Assembly (NCBI RefSeq): GCF_006345805.1 | Contig: NC_043004.1 | Location: forward strand, 2,728,001-2,792,000 | Length of the DNA stretch: 64,000 bases | From: Octopus sinensis | Lineage: Eukaryota | Direction of reading: 5' to 3' | Shown here: piece after piece, positions 12,704-25,439 of the stretch | Layout: every line of letters starts with the position of its first letter | Position numbering within the stretch: position 1 is the stretch's first letter | Made by a program: the position numbers and the translations under genes | Notes under the pieces: generated by a model | What the model was told of the DNA's origin: nothing | Database searches by the model: none | What the model saw: only the letters and a program-made list of their open reading frames with translations

Positions 12704-12947
12704 GTATGTATATAAAACAGTCCATCTTTTATAAAGACAATTTCTTTTATTTTCTTCTGCATTTCTCATGCTTCATGTGCCTCCCTCTTTTCTATCTCAC
12801 ATGGACTCTGCTACGAGATGAATTACTTGTTTCTTATTGTTCCTCTCTCTCTTTCTCTCTTTCTTTGTCTCTCCACTTTATTATCTCCCTTTCTACTCTA
12901 CCATGTAGACTTTCTCTCCAGTTAGGAAGTTCTCTCTCTCTCTTTCC

Positions 12948-12990
<43 letters not shown>

Positions 12991-13062
12991 ACTCTCTGTA
13001 TCTCTACCTTCTTCTTTAGCTCGCCTCCACATGCAATAAATAGTATTTCCCACACACACACA

Positions 13063-13282
13063 TACTTTTACTCTTTTATTTGTTTCAGTCACTTGACTGC
13101 GGCCATGGTGGAGCAACGCCTCTTGTCGAACAAATCGATCCCAGGACTTATTCTTTGTAAGCCTAGTACTTATTCCATTTGTCACTTTTGCCGAACCGCT
13201 CAGTTACAGCGGATATGAATACACCAACATCAGTTGTCATGTGATGGTCGGGGACAAACACACACACAACACATACGTATAT

Positions 13283-13321
<39 letters not shown>

Positions 13322-13522
13322 TATATATATATATATTATATATACATACATATATATACGACAGGCTTCTTTCAGTTTCCGTCCACCAAATCCACTAACA
13401 AGGCTCTGGTCGGCCTGAAGCTATAGTAGGAGACATTTGCCCAAGTTACTACGCAGTGGGACTGAACCCGGAACTATGTGGTTTGGAAGCCATCTTCTTA
13501 CCACATAGCCAGGCATGCTCCT
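13063..13522 (-). mobile_element. SINE family A, near full length
   Basis: Tail TCAGTCACTTGACTGCGGCCATG, internal (CA)/(TA) microsatellite, CORE-like block and tRNA-like head on the minus strand. Confidence 0.9.
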
Positions 13523-13739
13523 AAGTATGCTAAAAAGAATAAATTTTATCTAATAGAGTGTTTCACGTGTAATAAAGTAATCTGAGTTTTTCCGCATGCA
13601 ATTTAGCGATTTAGATACCCTTCAATGAGCAGATGAGGGTCCCTCCTCATAGCAACAGGCAAGAGAGAGAGACTCGAATAAAATCAGTTGATACAAATTT
13701 TAAACAACGTAAAGAAAACAGTTGTGAATGGTTTTGATC

Positions 13740-13960
13740 TACTCGAGTACCAGAGTTGTGTCCACGATCTGGGGTTGAACCGCTGAACTCCACACGTTTT
13801 TCTCATTCTCTCTGGGGTTTTTTTCCTTGTATTTCTTTCTGTTGGAGAGCGTAGACTCGAAACATAAAATACATTTTTTATTTTTTTCCACGCGTCAAAC
13901 TAATACACTTGTTTGTTATTCATACACCTGTCTTCGTCTTTTGTTTTTCTCTAAATGTTA
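13740..13960 (+). mobile_element. Penelope-pLTR-like repeat with hammerhead-like motif (third copy)
   Basis: CTTTCTGTTGGAGAGCGTAGACTCGAAACATAAAA...GCGTCAAACTAATACAC, homologous to 330-515. Confidence 0.55.
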
Positions 13961-14714
13961 ATGAAGAAATATAGTTACATGTAATTCTTCACTAAAATAA
14001 ATCAATGGTTCTCTGTATGTATGTGTGTGTGTGCAATTGTACGTGTGTGAGGAGTCATGCTGCGGCTGGTTATGTGCGAGTGAGTTTTTGCGAATGTTTA
14101 TTTGTCCTTGCGGAAAATGAATGACTGAAGGATTAAAAAGTTCGCTTCGCAATCACAAATTACCAGGTTCGAATCCATTACGTAGCGTCTCGCTATTTAT
14201 CGTAGTCGTGGATCGATTCAAGTCTTGTAAGTGAAATTGTGTAGAAAGAAACTTTAGGGAAGCCCGCAGGTTGTATTGAGCCTGTAATTCAAAAATCCAG
14301 TCTTGCTTCTGCTCGAGAACGCACCTTCACAATGGAAAATTCTAAAGACGATAAAACAAAAGGTTTCAATGTGGAAGAGCGATCAGAGAACGATGAGAGG
14401 GAGAGAGAGAAGTCACTGGAGTAGAAAAGGCCACGTGACCTCAATAAGAACCGATTTGTCAGATAATTTAGTTGGTTGATCAAGATCAGGATAGAGGTAA
14501 GTGGTTGGAGTGTATGTGGGAGGTGATGTTTGTTGTTTAACCCAAGGTCAGATCTAAACGGGCAGATCTTCGTAAAATTTTCTGTTAATCTTAGTCTGTC
14601 CTTTTCGGTTTCCAAGATTAAACTATGCGCCTAACATAAACAATGAGTATTTTAATGGAGATTGGGACGTTATTGCTAGCAAGCAGCAGTGTTACAGTAC
14701 GTTGTTTTGAGGCT

Positions 14715-14734
14715 TTTGCAGCAGCAGTAGTAGC

Positions 14735-14829
<95 letters not shown>

Positions 14830-16140
14830 CAGCAGCGGCAGTAGTAGTAGTAGTAGTAGTTGTTGTTGTAGTAGTTGTAGTTGTAGTAGTAGTAGTAGTT
14901 GCAGCGGTGTTAGTAGTAGTAGTAGTAGTAGTAGTAGTTGCAGTGGTGTTAGGAGTCGTAGTAGTAGCCCTCGTTGCTGTTGTTGAACATGATGGAGTTG
15001 GTGGAGGTGGTGTTGGTGTTGGTGGCGGTGATGAAGACATTTATAGTAGAAGTGGTGGTAGTACTGCTGCTGTTGCTGTTGTATAGCTCGATCACTTAAA
15101 CCCTGATCGAGCAGGACTAGTTCAAAGATGTTCCAACCAGGATCATTAGTGATGGCCACGGTGATGGTGACGGTTTGCACAGTATTGTTGAGCAGGGCGG
15201 TCGTTGTGGCGATGTTTGTAACGATGGTGAGGGTAGAGGTGGTAGCGATGATGGTGGTGGTGGTTGCGGTTGTGTTTGTGGTGGCGATGGTGGTGGTAGT
15301 GGTGGTGGTGGTGGTTGTAGTAGTGGTGGTGGTGGTAGTGAGTTAGGTGGTAGTGGTGGTGGAGGTGATAGTGGTGATGGTTGTGGTTGTGGTGGTGGTG
15401 GTGGTGGTGGTGTGGTGGTGGTGGTGGTGGTGGTGATTGTGGTGTGGTGGCAGTGGTGGTGGAGGTGAAAGTGGCACGGTAGTTGTGGTAGTGGCAGTGA
15501 TGGTGGATATGGTTGTGGTGATGGTGGGGTGGGTGTATTTATCAACGCAATATAAGGTGATCAGTCACTGTGAGAACAGCTGCAAGTTTGGTCGGTGAAA
15601 TTCTAACAACAGAAAGAAAGAGAGAGAAGAGAGAGAGAGAGAGGAGAGAGAAAGAGAGTGAGAGAGGGGGGAGAAAGATGGGGTGAGTGAGTGAGTGAGA
15701 GATGGAGTGACGTGCAGCCGTTACACATGTCCGCAGCTATGACAGCAGTAACAAAAGGGAACGACGACAACAACAACAACAACAATACAACGACAACAAA
15801 CACAAGAAAAGCAACAAAACCGACAACAATGACATCGTCAACAACAACAACACAATACCGAAAACATCGGTTACATCAACAGCAGCTACATCATCATCAT
15901 CATCACCATCATCACCATCATCATCATCACCAGTATCATCATCATCATCATCATCATCATCATACACCATCATCATCATACACCATCAACATCGTCACAA
16001 CCACCACCATCATCATCATCATTAACAAGAACTTCATCAGTATTATTAGCCGAAGCAGTAACCGTAACAATAACAACCAGCAAGACTCACCACCACCACC
16101 AACAACAACAACAACAACAGCAACAATGACAACAGCAATG
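14715..16140. repeat. Long cryptic trinucleotide repeats: (TAG)n, (GGT)n, (GA)n, then (CAA)n/(CAT)n/(CAC)n
   Basis: Direct reading; explains the poly-T/V/P/G/H/D ORFs. Confidence 0.95.
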
Positions 16141-16355
16141 ACTGAAGCTAATTATCAGAAGCTCCTCGCTCCTCGGAGGAATCGTTTTAAGTGATCCTTC
16201 GTCTTGCTACAAAAACCGAACTGTTTTAAATAGAGGACGAAGGTGGCCATGGCTAAAATGACTTTGGCATGGGTTTGCATCAGAAAAGATCTGGGACTGA
16301 ACAAAAACATCAACAGTGATAATAAGGATAACGATGATTCCAAGTAAAATAACAA

Positions 16356-16824
16356 AGGCGCAGAAGTGGCTGTGTGGTAAGAAGTTTGCTCCCCAACCAC
16401 ATGGTTCTGGGTTCAGTCCCGCTGCATGGCACCTTGGGCAAGTGTCTTCTACTATAATCTCGGGCCGATCAAATGTGCCTGTATTTGGTAGACGGAAAAT
16501 GAAAGAATCCCATCGTATATATATATATATATATATATAAAGATAACATCGTTAATTTAAATACCGATCTTATCAGGTGGCCAGCAAGGGAATAAAATCC
16601 TTCAAAGGTAATAATTATTTAAAATTATAATTTAGGGTATCTAACAGGGACCAACACGCTGGAATAGCAGTCAAAACTTGACTCTAAAACACATTAAATG
16701 TTCATACAGCACCAGGAGAGAAGAAAAAAATACAAAATAAAATGGAGCTCTATGTGGTTTTAGAATCAATTTTTGACTGCTATTTCCAGCGTGGTGGTAT
16801 CTCTTAAATACTCTAAATCATAAT

Positions 16825-16871
<47 letters not shown>

Positions 16872-17154
16872 ATAACATCGTTAATTTAAATACCGATCTT
16901 ATCAGGTGGCCAGCAAGGAATAAAATCCTTCAAAGGTAATAATTATTTAAAATTATAATTTAGGGTATCTAACAGGGACCAACACGCTGGAAATAGCAGT
17001 CAAAACTTGACTCTAAAACCACATTAAATGTTCATACAGCACCAGGAGAGAAGAAAAAAATACAAAATAAAATGGAGCTCTATGTGGTTTTAGAATCAAT
17101 TTTTGACTGCTATTTCCAGCGTGGTGGTATCTCTTAAATACTCTAAATCATAAT

Positions 17155-17204
<50 letters not shown>

Positions 17205-17265
17205 ATATAGACATACATATATATGTATATATAAATACTTATATATATACATATATATGTATGTG

Positions 17266-17297
<32 letters not shown>

Positions 17298-17520
17298 TGT
17301 ATGTATGTATGTGTTTGTGCATCTGTATTTGTTTCCCAGCTTCACAACCGATGTTGGAGTGTTTACCTTTCCGTAGCTTAGTGGATAGGCAAAAAAGACC
17401 GATAGAATGAGTACTCAGCGTACCAAGAATAAATCCCGGGGTCGACTTGTTCGGCTGAAGGCGGCGCTACAGCATGGCCGCAGTCAAATGACTGAAATAA
17501 ATAAAAGTGTAAAAGTAAAA
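16356..17520 (+). mobile_element. SINE family A split by insertions: head 16356-16516, 3' half about 17311-17520
   Basis: Head AGGCGCAGAAGTGGCTGTGTGGTAAG. The 3' half ACAACCGATG...GCATGGCCGCAGTCAAATGACTGAAA continues the family consensus. Confidence 0.8.
16539..17200. repeat. Tandem duplication of a 329-bp unit, each with a ~47-bp internal inverted repeat (MITE-like)
   Basis: AAAGATAACATCG starts at 16539 and again at 16868. Inverted-repeat arms in unit 1 are at 16650-16694 and 16752-16798. Confidence 0.92.
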
Positions 17521-17666
17521 ATAGTTTTATCAAAAAGTGAAACGGATACAAAAAAAAATAAATAACTGTAGCAACAACAACAGCAAGAACAAGTCAAGCT
17601 GAGTACAACGTGATCAAGAATTACATAACCCTAATGTGAAAAAGCAATGACAACGTCACAAGGACA

Positions 17667-18041
17667 GGGAAGCACTCCGTCGGTTACGACGACGAGGGTT
17701 CCGGTTGATCCGATCAACGGAATAGCCTGCTCGTGAAATTAACGTGTAAGTGGCTGAGCACTCCAAAGACACGTGTACCCTTAACGTAGTTCTCGGGGAT
17801 ATTCAGCGTGATACAGAGAGTGAGAAGGCCAGCCCTTTGAAATACAGGTACAACAGAAACAGGAAGTAAGAGTAAGTTGTGGTGAAAGAGTACAGCAGGG
17901 ATCACCACCATCCCTGCCAGAGCCTCGTGGAGCTTTAGGTGTTTTCGCTCAATAAACACTAACAACGCCCGGTCTGGGAATCGAAACCGCGATCCTACGA
18001 CCGCGAGTCCGCTGCCCTAACCACTGGGCCATTGCGCCTCC
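17667..18041 (-). mobile_element. SINE family C, full length, tRNA-derived head
   Basis: The minus strand starts GGAGGCGCAATGGCCCAGTGG (A box)...GGTTTCGATTCCC (B box). Perfect 14-bp TSD ACGTCACAAGGACA at 17653-17666 and 18042-18055. Confidence 0.93.
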
Positions 18042-18432
18042 ACGTCACAAGGACAATAAGAAGAATAAACAATGATACAACACTTGTAACAACGAGTAAA
18101 GCAGCAGCGAAGGAGAAATACGTGGGGAGAGCTAAAAAGCGACACCGATGTAATGAGCAAGGGCGGTAAAAACAGAAATCAGAATAACATCTCAAACTTC
18201 AGCAGCACCGACAATATCATCATCGTCATCATCATCATCATCATCAACATCATCATCATTATCAACAACAGCGATAACAACATAGATGGTGGCACCAATA
18301 AGAACAAGGGAGTTAATTAAAACAATTGTAGGTCTAACTGAGCCCCACAACACCAACAACACATAACACTACTAACTCATAACCTTCTACTTTTGTGTAT
18401 TTCTACTTCTCCATTCCCCACTCCATTACTTT

Positions 18433-18471
<39 letters not shown>

Positions 18472-18935
18472 TTACTGTATCACTCTGTCCCACTCCTTCG
18501 CTGTCATCGCTATCAGCCATTGTATGATCGCTTGACCAGTTAAATCTTCGCCAAATCAACGTCCACTGTTACAAAAATAGGAACTATTTAATTCTTTTAT
18601 ACTTTTATTGTTTTATTCTTTTCAGTCGTGGGATTGCGGCCATGCTGGTGCACCACCTTAAGAAAGGACGCAACTCATCACAGTGGCGGTTAAACTTTCT
18701 TAAAATGAAGATAAGAGGGTCAACCTAAGAATATCTTAGATCATAAGTCTGCGGAATACTCAGACAGTTGTTAATCTAATGAAGTGGAAGTTTATTTAAG
18801 TGTTTCTCATAAACCTGTAAATATTGGAAAAGAGACAAATTGCCATCGTCAATGTCATTAACATTATTTTTTTTTTTTTTCTTCTTTCAAATTTGATCCA
18901 TTTCTTGCCGAGTGTCTTCCCGACTCCTAGGGCAA

Positions 18936-18974
<39 letters not shown>

Positions 18975-20116
18975 TATTATTATTATTATTATTGCTTTTG
19001 TTTGTTTTTATTGGTTGTTGTAATTCTGAGTAATCAGGGGCAAGTAGAAAAAAAAACAACTGTATGAAAGTAAATTGTATTATAATTTTTCATTAATGAA
19101 GCGGAGGAAATGAGTTTTTGTTCATTAATGTTGACGGTGGGGGAAGATCGAATTTACCAATTTCGGAACCGCTCATAGTAGATCGAACAGCTAAATTTTC
19201 ATTGACGAAAACGACGGAGGATTTATCATCATCACAACCATCCACCTCCTCCTCTTCCTCCTCCTTATCATCATCATCAGTGCTATTTTTTATTGTCTGA
19301 ATGGCACCACTGTTTTTCTTTACATTAAGACGCTCCACAACTAAGAAGGATCTTAAAATTCAGAAACACACTGCTGCAGCTTCTTGACTATGAACCACAG
19401 GCCCTTCTCGGTTTGGTCATCTCTGACTTGCCACACTTTTCCAATCTACACAAGCAAGTCACACAGAGTCTCTGACCTATGAGCGAAAGAAAGAGTGTTA
19501 TGTTCATCACTTTTTTCTTTTATTATTGTATTAACGATGTGCATCAAAGGACTCTGGCCGGGTCAAAGGATCGTTAGTGCGTTGGAGAAAAATGATTTTC
19601 TGTATTTGTTCAAGGTTCTTCGCATTTTGTGTTCAAATTCTATCGAAATCAACTTTGCCTTCATCATTCCGAGGTCGATAAAATAAAGCACGAGTGAAGT
19701 ATTGGAGTCAATTTAATCAATTAACACCTCTCTAGGCATTGTGCCTGCGTTAGAACAAATTAACGGTGTATATCTGTGATACACCTGCACCTTTAATCAA
19801 GCGTTGGTCTGTAAAACTACACGAGGAATATTTTATAAGTTTACTTTAGTGTTGCGGTTTGAAAAGCAGTAGGACAGAGAAACTGTGCACTGACATTCGG
19901 AAGTTTAATAGAGAACGCTGGACTGGTGTTGCATCGGAATCATGTATCTTTCCATGGTCGCTTAACTTCTAATGCAGTCGTCGTGTCACCGTTGTGAAAC
20001 ATGGCGTCTCTTGGGCATTTTCAGCCTGACTCTAAATATAGTTTTCTACAGCTGACCGCAGCCGATTACACCCGACGAGAAAACGAGAAACAGAGACAGA
20101 CAAACAGACAGAGACA

Positions 20117-20117
<1 letters not shown>

Positions 20118-20164
<47 letters not shown>

Positions 20165-20276
20165 ATGAAAGAAAGAACGAACGAACGAAAGAAAGAAAGA
20201 AAGAAAGAAAGAATGAAAGAAAGAACGAACGAACGAAAGAAAGAAAGAAAGAAAGAAAGAGAGAAAGAAAGAACGA

Positions 20277-20328
<52 letters not shown>

Positions 20329-20352
20329 ACGAAAGAAACGAAAGAAAGAAAG
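20118..20352. repeat. (GAAA)n with GAAC/GAAT variants
   Basis: Direct reading. Confidence 0.95.
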
Positions 20353-20512
20353 ATTGCTGGACTTGGATTTTATTTTTCAACCCCGAAACATAGGAAATCA
20401 ATGTTGATTTCAACAGGATTTGAACATAAAGACCCCTGGTATACACGAAAAGAAATTATTTAGCGACATGGTAGGACTACATCACTATATTCAACCATAG
20501 TGTACTAATAAT

Positions 20513-20714
20513 CCTTTCTAATATAAGCACAAGTCCTGAAATTTGGAGAAAGGGGACGAGTCGATGACATCGACCCCAGTGTGTACCTGGTAATTAATTT
20601 ATCGACCCCAAATGGATTAAAGACGAAGTCGACCCCTGTGGCATTTGAAATCACAACATGGAGACATAAAATACCACCAAGCATTTCGCCCGGCGTACTA
20701 ACGTTTCTGCGGTG
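20513..20714 (-). mobile_element. SINE family B monomer
   Basis: Family motifs present. 13-bp TSD GTGTAC(T/C)AATAAT at 20500-20512 and 20715-20727. Confidence 0.9.
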
Positions 20715-21099
20715 GTGTACCAATAATGGTGCTACATTACATTGCCACAGCCTCACATCTTCAATGCATTTGATTGCGAACAACTGAATCTCTACAAGTA
20801 CATGTCATGTTCTGTCTTTATCAGCAAAACCTGCTGCCATTTTAACTTACTCCTTTAATGCCATCAAAGTAATATTTTGTTAATTACATCATTTAGTATA
20901 TATCTACTTTACTTTCTTTCATATTTATTTTTCCACAACCACATGATTGTCAACTGATGTTCTAGTGTATGCATAGCCATTTTGGCTAACATTTTGTGAA
21001 AAGAGTTTATAAAGTGAAAGTTTCAAACATGCGTCTAATAGTTTACATACATACATACATACATACATGCATGCATACATACGTACATACATACATACA

Positions 21100-21345
21100 T
21101 ATATAGGGAATTGTCTCTGATGAAGGAATATATATACATATATTGGACATGTTTGACCGCTGATATCTACAAGTTTTGTTTCCATTCTCTCTCTGTTCTT
21201 TTTTTCCTTGTATCCTTTCTGTTGAAAAGCGTAGGCTCCAAACATAAAAAACATTCTCATTTTCCCGAGCGTCAAATGAATACACTTGCTAGTTTTTTCC
21301 TTCATCTGTCTTTGTCTTTTATTTTCTGTAAATTTTATATATATA
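21100..21345 (+). mobile_element. Penelope-pLTR-like repeat with hammerhead-like motif (fourth copy)
   Basis: CCTTTCTGTTGAAAAGCGTAGGCTCCAAACATAAAA...CCCGAGCGTCAAA, homologous to 330-515. Confidence 0.55.
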
Positions 21346-21894
21346 TATATATATATATATCCTTTTATTCTTTTACTTGTTTTAGTCATTTTTTGACTGC
21401 GTCCATGCTGGAGCACCACCTTTAGTCGAATAAATCGACCCCAGGAGTTCTTCTTCTTCTTCTTCTTCTTCTTCTCCTTCTCTGCCAAGAAATCACAACG
21501 ACCTCGAACCCACAAGAGTAAAAAAGAGAAACAGAGACGGGCAGAAACAAGGAAATGCCCCATGTATTTAAATATTATGCAAATATTCCTTTGAAAAACT
21601 TTTCATTTAATTTTTCCCAAATTTCATTGTTTTCCCTGCTTAGAGTTGAAAAAGTCTCAATGACTGAAACCGGTACTAAAATGTTTTTATGATAAGATTA
21701 TTTTCACATTTTCTACCTTGACTTCTTTCCTTATATATATATGCTTCGGCATTTCGTTTTCCGCCCCAACATCCTAAACTCGGAGTTTTATTATGGCAAA
21801 CGAATAATTGTCACATATTATATTACAGATAAATTCCTCTATTTACATAATATCGAGGTCTCATTCTTTCTTTTGTTGTCTTACCATTTCTATC

Positions 21895-21895
21895 A

Positions 21896-21994
<99 letters not shown>

Positions 21995-22020
21995 ATATAT
22001 ATATATATATATATCAAGGG

Positions 22021-22118
<98 letters not shown>

Positions 22119-22993
22119 CACACACCTGCCTGGTGATAGCGTCGGCTATACACATTTCCCTTTTAGACCCAGCCACTTTCACGTGTGAGTAATTCTAAAA
22201 CATACTTAGATGGTATTACGTTTGTTTTCCATTCCACTACGGCACCTTTCTTGTCCATCACGTTATGTTATCCATCTAAACTACAAAATGTTTCTGCTTT
22301 CAGTCTGGTCGTGAAAACATTAACATAATCTATGCAATCTGTTTCGTCTCCACATGATTTATCGTCAAATGTTAGTCGCTGTTTGTTTCTTCGTCTTACA
22401 CAGATATCCTTGTCCAAATACAAACCTGATGTCCCTTGTCTTAGAGGTAGGGTTGGTGTGGTAACGAAAACGATGATAAGCTGTTTATTTTTATCCATGA
22501 ATTGTTTGCACACATCTTGACACAGATAATTTCATCAAGATGATGCACATGAAGCGAGTCAGATCACATTATCCTCCGACTGACCGTCACAGCTCGCTGA
22601 CACTTGAGCTGCGAGAGATGGCGTAGTCTCCTGACTTCTGATCACCTAATTAGCTTCACTCTAAATCTTAAGATTTTTTTCTTCGCCACCAAACACAACA
22701 GCGCATACGATTGCACAATTTCACGCCTGCCAAAAATCAATCTGTGTTTCCGCTACAACAACAAAGTGACGCTCCGGTTACCGGCTTTTATTTAGTGCGC
22801 ATGCCTTGGAATAAATTACAGAATAATAAACAAATATATAGAGATAAAAAATATAGAAATGGAAACTATAAGAAAAATTTCGGCGAAGTACAATAGAAAA
22901 AAAAAAATAGACAATAGGTGTGTGCATGACAATTCTGTATCATTTGTTCTGTAATTGCTATTGTGAGTGATAACCTTTCTCTACAGACTATGA

Positions 22994-23026
<33 letters not shown>

Positions 23027-23277
23027 TATTATTATTATTAAAGAAATTTTTATCGTTGTTGTTGCTGTTGTAATTGTTGTTCGGGGTACTGTTATTCCTG
23101 ATGTGTTTCACATAGTAACAGGCTGTTAGTGGTCGGTAAGATGACTCTGCCATTACATCCCATAATTTCAACCAATTTTACTTCCCAAACCGCTATTCTA
23201 TTGTTTCTCCTAGATTTACAGCCGTCTGTTTATGCTCATCCTTCTTGTATACATATATGCATATATACGTTTATAAA

Positions 23278-23319
<42 letters not shown>

Positions 23320-23363
23320 TATATATATAATATATATATATATATAATATATACATATATATG

Positions 23364-23395
<32 letters not shown>

Positions 23396-23628
23396 ATAAA
23401 TTTGCGTATCTATATGAGTATATGCATATATGTATACATAGTACAAACATATATATTTGAATATACACATATATGTATGCATGTATAGAAGCATATATAT
23501 GTATATATTTATGCATATATATATGTCTGTGTACGTGCATATGTATGTGAATATACATACATATATATATATATGTATGTATTGTATATATATACATACA
23601 TATATATATATATATATATTTATGTATA

Positions 23629-23663
<35 letters not shown>

Positions 23664-23675
23664 GTATATATATGA
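21895..23675. repeat. (TA)n and (GATA)n at 21895-22117; TA-rich tract at 23225-23675
   Basis: Direct reading. Unique sequence lies between the tracts. Confidence 0.9.
22540..22810. promoter_or_regulatory. Possible promoter-like CpG-enriched unique segment
   Basis: Local CpG enrichment, TGCGCATGC (NRF1-like) at about 22796-22804, and CGCCAT on the minus strand (YY1-like) at about 22618-22623. Motif matches only. Confidence 0.2.
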
Positions 23676-24576
23676 ATATTTACCTACATTTATCTATGCT
23701 TGTTTCTATATGGGTATCAATGGATACCATTATATTATTGTGCGGAAATGCATTATCCTCATTCTTTTACTGTATTCTATTTCACTATCTTCTGTTTTCC
23801 TCAAGTTGTTTTTTTCTTATTTTGTTGCTTGTTTTTATTAAGACGGGAGCTCATATTACCAACAGCGACATTCACCAGCTGACCTAAAACATAATAGCAG
23901 TTGTTTATTCTTGATAAATACATCGAGAAGCTTTTTACAAGACAACAATATAGAGAAAGGACGTGATAATTTAAACAAAACAAGATTCAATTCCAAAACA
24001 CAAAAAATAAAGTATATATCAATGTTGGAAACTGTATTTGAAAGTGTTTGAAATAAATCCTAGCAAAACTTTTACCGACAATATCATGTAATTTATACTT
24101 TAAACTTTCCTAGGTTTTCTACGCTTCTTCTTCTTGTAAACTTGATCTTGCATTTCTATTTTACAAACTGATGTTTGTCAAAGATGATTCAGAAGGTCAG
24201 TACTTTTATATATTTTGCTGTCTGATTTTTTATATTTTCTTTTATTTTTTCTTTCTTGAATAAAGTATAAGAAAGTTAAAATATTTGAAATAATTCTCTA
24301 GCTGAAATAACGAGAAAGCCTTCCTAATCTGCTTGACGAAGAATTCGACTTTCCAGTTACACTAAAATCCAAACCCATAATAATATATTTCATTTTGTAT
24401 TAACATATTTTGTGTCGAGTTTGTCACTGTCACGCCAATTATGTCGGGTGAAAAAAAACCCACACAGTCTTAAAGAACAAGCAGTCGTTCCCCATTGTTA
24501 TTTGAAATCATCTTTTTTTTATGCCAATCAAGATAATCATTATATATAATTCACACAATATGAAAGGCACATATAC

Positions 24577-24635
<59 letters not shown>

Positions 24636-25439
24636 GCACATACACCGATTACCTATTTTCCAACTTTTCGTTAGCATTTTTTAGAGGCATTTGTATATGA
24701 AGCAGCTTCCGATGCTGGCTCTAGTTTCTATAAAGAATCTTAGGAGATAACTTACAGCATTGCTAATACAGGTGGAACACAGCATTCACTTATAATCTTT
24801 TAATATACTGTGTATATATATATATATATATATGAAGAAAAAATGGAGATAGAGAACATCACATCTATAATTGTCAAATTCACCATACAAAGCCGACGAT
24901 CGTTTTAGTTGTCTGAACATGCTTAGATACAGAAAATATCCTTTAAATTAATATATTCTAAAATATTTAACTCAACGCTTTCAAAACGATCAAACGTTAG
25001 TTAAATTTAAGAAAATATAATCTAAAAATGAATTATAAGAAGAAATATAATCTAAAAAAGCAATTTTTTGTTTTTAATTCCTGGTGACGTCAGTGAATAA
25101 CGAATTGATACAAATAAACATTTGATCTCTATGATCTCTACGATGCTAATTAAAAGCATAGAGATTCTACGTCACGAAAATTAGTTATTGAATATACTTA
25201 ACATTTAAAAAAATAAACTTACATAATTAACGAAAAGCAAATTTATGTAAGAATTGATATATCTAAATACCCTCCGAATTTTGTGACATTTTATTGTAAA
25301 ATTACCTCTAAAATTTTATAATATTAATATAGAAGTAATTATATAATACATTTCTTCAAGACAAACATCAAATGTAGAACTGCCAATATTGTACGATGGT
25401 GCGTAGCTGATAATAGTCCAATTAAAATTATACTTGTTC

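Noticed and set aside
17960-18041. tRNA-like sequence with A and B boxes
   Set aside because: It is the head of a TSD-flanked SINE and lacks a complete cloverleaf acceptor stem, so it is not a tRNA gene. The same applies to 44058-44115.
19093-19338. Acidic 81-aa ORF and the opposite Ser-rich ORF
   Set aside because: Driven by a CAT/CCT low-complexity patch, with no convincing splice sites or domain.
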